DNA of 64,000 nucleotides. It comes from an uncultured virus (IMG/VR IMGVR_UViG_3300028797_000153) (Duplodnaviria; Heunggongvirae; Uroviricota; Caudoviricetes). This document shows positions 59,093 to 64,000 of the stretch, one piece after another. The position numbers and the translations under genes were made by a program. The stretch lies in the IMG/VR virus record IMGVR_UViG_3300028797_000153; one strand, written 5' to 3'. The stretch's first letter is position 1. Each line of letters opens with the position of its first letter. The notes under the pieces are model-generated. The model made no database searches. It saw only the letters and a list, made by a program, of their open reading frames with translations, and was not told the origin of the DNA.

Positions 59093-60877
59093 ATGAATAA
59101 ATTTATATTAAGTGAATTAGCCTCAAAGTTTATTTTAGCTGAAAAGTATATTTTAACTGAAGCGACTGCTGAAGAAAAAAATAAAGCTAAAGAAGCATAT
59201 TTAAAAGCTAAGGATGCCTTTAATAAAATATATCCAAATGCAAAAACTTTCCTAGAAGAAGCAAACGGCTCTAAAGAATTAACTACTGATGAAAAGTTTA
59301 TTAATGAAATTAAACCATTAGAAAAAGAAATTGCTGCTGGAACTATTACTGATGTTCTTGATTTAAAGAATAAAGGCAAAGAATATATTGATAAAGTATC
59401 AGCCAAACTAGATAAAATCCCAAACTTTGAAGAAAAATACCCACAAATTGACCAACTAGTTTTTGATATTAAAAACCTTATTGAAAAAGGTAAAGATGAA
59501 GATATTAAAGGTAGACTTGGTAGTGAGGTTGAAAAACTTGGTGCAACTGTTGATGAAGTTTTTGGTAGCAGTGAAAAAGCTGATGCTGATAAAACAGTTA
59601 GCGAAAATGCATTAAAAAATCTTAATAATATAAATGATTTTGACATTTCTGCAGCATTAGAAGCTATGGATAATGGTGATGAAAAAGATGAATTAGCCAA
59701 TGCTGTATATGGTGAATTAGGAAATATTACTACTATATTAACTGATATTACTAAAACTATTACTGATGCTGTTGGTAAAAAAGATACATCTGATGCTGCT
59801 TTAGCAGCTTTAAATGATGCACTTACTGACGCATATGATAAATTAAAAGAAAATAAAAAAGCCGCATCATTAGCAGATTTAAGTAATAAAAATAAGAGTG
59901 CTGAGGAAAGTGAAGATGCTGCACACCTTATAGACCTATTAAAAGCTGCAAAGAATGATCCAAAAGCATTTGAAGCTGCACTTATGTCAATATTAAAATT
60001 AGCTTTTGGTTCTAATGATGACCTAATTAACGCTATTTTAAAATTAAATGTTGATGGTGCTATTGCTGATGAAATTATACATTATGGCCCAGATGCTAAA
60101 CAAAATCCATTTTTATATTTCTTAGATAAAAACCAAGATTTATTAAAAAATGGTAGTATAACGCCTGAAAAATATAAGATAATTCATAATGCTTTTGTTA
60201 AAGGTAATGCTTCTGGAGTATTTGGTGATGCTGATTTAAGAGGTACTGGTAGATTTGGAAACTCTGATATTATTTTTAGCGGTTCACTTTATGACTATGG
60301 CCCAGATGATATTACTAAGTACTTTAATTTAAGGGAACAAGTAATTAACCTATTTAATGGCTCAACAAAATTTAGTAATGATTTATTAGCTGAAAAATAT
60401 CAAAATAATATTAAAAACTTCTTTGCTGATTTAATGTATGAAGGCGGCGATTTATTTAACCCAAAAGGTAGTGCTGCTGGACCTTCTGCAAATAGACAAC
60501 TTAAAGGACTTAAAGCAATTGAAGATGAATTAAAAAATTGTTTTGATGAAGAAGCACTTAAAAATAGCAAACCAAAAGGAACAACAGCTGTTAATGAAAA
60601 AGTTGTTAAAAGCTGGATTGAATCTCTTGGTGGTGATAAGAGAAAAGTTGGTCAACTTATCATCTACTTAGCAACAAGATTTGTTTCTGCTTCAAGTGCA
60701 AAAGCTGTTCAAGAACTTTTGGATAAATATGCCGAAACAAGAAAAGTCCCGCTTGATGCTGCTAATATTGTACCACTTAGTACAACAATTGGGAAACCTG
60801 ATATTACAGATAAAAATCTTGCTGATGTAATTAAACAGATTGCAGAAGCAGCAGGACTAGAAGGTGCTGGAGCTTAG
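59093..60877 (+). CDS. Helical hypothetical protein (putative virion protein)
   Basis: N-terminal repeated KFIL(S/A/T)E motifs. Confidence 0.75.
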   Translation: MNKFILSELASKFILAEKYILTEATAEEKNKAKEAYLKAKDAFNKIYPNAKTFLEEANGSKELTTDEKFINEIKPLEKEIAAGTITDVLDLKNKGKEYIDKVSAKLDKIPNFEEKYPQIDQLVFDIKNLIEKGKDEDIKGRLGSEVEKLGATVDEVFGSSEKADADKTVSENALKNLNNINDFDISAALEAMDNGDEKDELANAVYGELGNITTILTDITKTITDAVGKKDTSDAALAALNDALTDAYDKLKENKKAASLADLSNKNKSAEESEDAAHLIDLLKAAKNDPKAFEAALMSILKLAFGSNDDLINAILKLNVDGAIADEIIHYGPDAKQNPFLYFLDKNQDLLKNGSITPEKYKIIHNAFVKGNASGVFGDADLRGTGRFGNSDIIFSGSLYDYGPDDITKYFNLREQVINLFNGSTKFSNDLLAEKYQNNIKNFFADLMYEGGDLFNPKGSAAGPSANRQLKGLKAIEDELKNCFDEEALKNSKPKGTTAVNEKVVKSWIESLGGDKRKVGQLIIYLATRFVSASSAKAVQELLDKYAETRKVPLDAANIVPLSTTIGKPDITDKNLADVIKQIAEAAGLEGAGA

Positions 60878-60880
60878 TTT

Positions 60881-61210
60881 ATGTTATTTATTGCACAAAG
60901 CCATAAATATACACCAAAAGGACTTGTTAAAATAAAGATAAAAAGAATTGCTAAATATCATGTCTACCATTGAAAATTATCTGGAAATGATATAGCAGTT
61001 GATAATTATTGTAAACAAAAATATAATAAATCATTAAAAGAAGTTTGTTGATATATTATTGATAAAATAAAAGTATTTATAAGCAATGATGAAAATCAAT
61101 ATATTATAATACTTGAAGATAAAAATTTAGATAAGCTTGCCCATATAATCACTTATGGTAATGGTGAAATTGGTGGAAGTCAAATATTACAAAAAGCATT
61201 TATATTCTAA
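60881..61210 (+). CDS. Hypothetical protein, 109 aa (2 TGA=Trp; absent from track)
   Basis: Open under code 4 and fills the gap exactly. Confidence 0.7.
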
Positions 61211-61228
61211 GAAAGGGAGTAATCAAAT

Positions 61229-61906
61229 ATGGCAATAAGATATTATGATGATGCTATTATAAAAAAATTACTACGCTGGGTACCAGAAAACCAGGGCCTA
61301 CGTGTTTTAAAGCCAGATGAAACAAAAAGATTATTTGAAATAATTGCTGATGATACTAATGACAAACCAATTAGACTTCCATTCATTGCCCTTTCAAGAA
61401 ATACAGATATTGAACTATTATCAAACATTAAACAAAACAAATCTTTTGATGGTTTATGATTAAATAACAACAAACTTGACCTCAATAATAGAGTAATTGA
61501 AGAAAGTTCAAGCACAACAATATTCAATGTTATTCCAATTCTTCCACAATATCAACTAGATATTTATACTAAAACTTATGAAGAAGCGGATGAATTATTA
61601 AGAAATATACTATTTAAATTAATTAATAATCCTGCAATTTATATTTCAATTCCTTATAATGGACAAAATATAACGCACATTGCAAATATCAGAGTTTTAA
61701 GTGGTTTAGCTGATAATAGTGGTATTAATGAGCGTATATTTTCTGGCCAATTTACTAGATGAACAATACAGCTTGAAATTCATGACGCCTTCCTATTCAG
61801 CATACCATATAGAAATAACTGAAGAATTGGTGAAAGTGCCCTCGAAGTGTCTGAAAAAATGGACTTAGATGGCGAAATTGAAGTTGCATATAGCAATAAA
61901 AATTAA
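61229..61906 (+). CDS. Tail terminator/sheath stabiliser (gp15-like), 225 aa (3 TGA=Trp)
   Basis: YDDAI, RLPFIALSR, YQLDIYTK; precedes sheath. Confidence 0.7.
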
Positions 61907-61999
61907 TTAAAAGCAATTTAATAAATATGCTAAATTAATTGAGTTATGAAAATATTATAACTTTTTAGAGACAGAAGTTAACAATAAGGAGAAATACAC

Positions 62000-63655
62000 A
62001 TGCCACAAATTGTTATTAGAGAACATGATAAAACAAAAGCCGGCCTTGGTACCTACTCAAATTTTTCTGTTTTAATTCCAGGATTTATCAGTTCAACTGC
62101 AGTTGCTACTGATTTATGGGATGATAACGATATTCTTGAGTTAAATAACCAAGCTGATTTTGAAAAATATATTGGCAAAGTTGCTGCTGATGTAAATCCA
62201 CAAACTGCTGAAGCACCTGTATTCACATATCCAGAAGCATGGAGGGTGGAAGAAAAAGATGGTGACGTCGTTACCGCAGTTACATATAACATTACAGGAA
62301 AATTAACTGCTGATGAATTTTATGGAACATTCGGTGGAAGAGTTTATGAAAAAGTAGCTTGGGAAGCTGGTATAACACCATATGATGGTGAATTAGCTGT
62401 TGCAGCCACTGCTGAAGATGAAGTTGAAACTGATCCAGAAACAGGCGTTGTAACTACACATAAAGGAGCCGAACAAGGCCGTTATGTTAAAAGAACACAA
62501 GGTTGGAATGCAAATACAAACTATTGTATTATTGAGCCAGAAAATATTGGCCGTGATGCAAGAAGCGTTACACCACAAATTGGTAACCAAATTGCTTATG
62601 AATTATTAGGATTAGGTTATACTGTATTATATAAGAAAATTATTGCTGAAAATATTGCATTTAGTAATAATGATGAAGAGTCAAGTGGCATTCAAATGTC
62701 AGAATATGATTTCTGGAGACCATTTGAAGATAAAGCAACCTATGATTTCAGATATGTAGTTACTGGATTCTGCGGTGAAGATGATACTCAACCATATAAA
62801 GATGTTAATAGCAGAATTAGTGAATTAGCAAATGCTCGTGGCGATTGTATTGCTCTTGTTGATATTCCAAAAGAAGTTTATAAAACATACAGTAGCTGGA
62901 AATCCGATGTTATTGCTTATGCTAATGCATTAAGTAATGCTAATAAGTATACAGCTTTATTTATGCCAGTTGTTACATATGACATGAATAGTGATGCAAC
63001 ATATCAAAATGATACATTCCCAGCATACTTCCATTATTTACTTTGTGCAAGTGATGCATTTGTTAACTATCCAGAATGGTTTGCTGTTGCTGGATATACT
63101 CGTGGTATTTCTTCTGTCTATAATATTAAGAGCACACAAATTAAACTTGGTGATGCTGCAATTAATGCACTTGAACCAAGAAGCACAAGTGGTACTGGCA
63201 GATTAACAAAGGCTATCAATGTTGTTGCAAATATTAAAGGTACTTACTATTTATGGGGCAATAGAACTGCTCACTTACTTGGTACAACTGGTGATCCTGT
63301 TAATGGTGATCTTGTTGCAAGCCACTTCTTAAATATTAGACAACTTTGTACTACATTAAAGAAACAACTTTATGTTGCATGCCGTAAGTTCACATTTGAT
63401 CCAAATAGTGATACATTATGGGCAAACTTCTGTAATGCAATTACACCAACCCTTGATAAAATGAAAGCAAATCAAGGTATTGATGATTATAAAATTATCA
63501 AAGTTCCAACAGATACTAAAGCATTATTACAAGCTAAGATTAGAATTGTTCCAATTGAAGCTGTTGAAGATTTTGAAATTGACTTATACTTAGAAGATTC
63601 AATTTCTGGTGCTGATGTTGAAATTGATGAAGGAACTGTTGGTACAAATAACTAA
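62000..63655 (+). CDS. Tail sheath protein
   Basis: RGDCIALVD, WFAVAGYTRG, WGNRT, LNIRQL, FDPNSDTLW. Confidence 0.92.
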   Translation: MPQIVIREHDKTKAGLGTYSNFSVLIPGFISSTAVATDLWDDNDILELNNQADFEKYIGKVAADVNPQTAEAPVFTYPEAWRVEEKDGDVVTAVTYNITGKLTADEFYGTFGGRVYEKVAWEAGITPYDGELAVAATAEDEVETDPETGVVTTHKGAEQGRYVKRTQGWNANTNYCIIEPENIGRDARSVTPQIGNQIAYELLGLGYTVLYKKIIAENIAFSNNDEESSGIQMSEYDFWRPFEDKATYDFRYVVTGFCGEDDTQPYKDVNSRISELANARGDCIALVDIPKEVYKTYSSWKSDVIAYANALSNANKYTALFMPVVTYDMNSDATYQNDTFPAYFHYLLCASDAFVNYPEWFAVAGYTRGISSVYNIKSTQIKLGDAAINALEPRSTSGTGRLTKAINVVANIKGTYYLWGNRTAHLLGTTGDPVNGDLVASHFLNIRQLCTTLKKQLYVACRKFTFDPNSDTLWANFCNAITPTLDKMKANQGIDDYKIIKVPTDTKALLQAKIRIVPIEAVEDFEIDLYLEDSISGADVEIDEGTVGTNN

Positions 63656-63675
63656 GGTAAAGGAGAAAATAAATT

Positions 63676-64000
63676 ATGGCAAATTACGAACCAAGTTTAT
63701 CAGGACAACACATTAGCTCAAATCTTGCTAATTATGAAGCAGCAAGAACTGGCTTCTTCTCATTCTTAGTAAATGATATCGACAATATTATCAGAGCAAC
63801 TTATACTGGTGATAGAACAAAAGATATTCCAGCAAGTGATAAAATTGCAAATGCTCAACAATATCTTAAATTAAACGTTGTTAAAGCAGATGTCCCACAC
63901 TTTAGCTTAGAACCATTACAATACAAACGTGGTAATGACACAATCAAGTTTGCTGGTACTCCAACATTTGATGCTGGTACAATTACAGTTGATGATGTCA
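63676..64000 (+). CDS. Tail tube protein (partial, runs off window)
   Basis: Follows sheath; RGNDTIKFAGTPTFDAGTITVDD. Confidence 0.8.
   Translation, partial: MANYEPSLSGQHISSNLANYEAARTGFFSFLVNDIDNIIRATYTGDRTKDIPASDKIANAQQYLKLNVVKADVPHFSLEPLQYKRGNDTIKFAGTPTFDAGTITVDDV

Noticed and set aside
7705..62590. Minus-strand and alternate-frame ORFs inside large genes
   Set aside because: Shadow ORFs caused by GAA/GAT/GCT-rich codon bias; all RBS- and motif-supported genes are on the + strand.

Overview
This window is a 64 kb segment of a large, low-GC, T4-like contractile-tailed phage; all real genes are on the + strand. 1-5.8 kb: an array of 33 canonical-looking tRNA genes covering all 20 amino acids, plus one atypical tRNA. 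It is interleaved with four short leader ORFs and six copies of a bulged-stem RNA module. 5.9-19 kb: RNA repair and accessory genes (Thg1-like, PNK-phosphatase-RNA ligase, a helical+TerD protein that is probably Ro/TROVE-like) and a ~1.85 kb non-coding island of structured RNAs, including a ROOL/GOLLD-like candidate. 19-29 kb: Mre11/Rad50-like pair, HU-like protein, degenerate peptide deformylase and topoisomerase IA. 29-64 kb: MoxR/peptidase/VWA module, acidic putative internal head proteins, terminase, portal, prohead protease, major capsid, two glycosyltransferase genes, neck, tail terminator, sheath and tube. The genome reads TGA as Trp, so the supplied ORF track fragments many genes. Two systems stand out. 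(1) Codon-sensing leader-peptide attenuators whose codons match the tRNAs directly downstream, suggesting tRNA supply on demand. (2) Eight covarying Y-RNA-like modules carrying circularly permuted tRNAs or bare anticodon stem-loops, one of which forms a probable autoregulatory leader on the TerD-fusion gene. All calls come from reading the sequence by eye; no searches were run.
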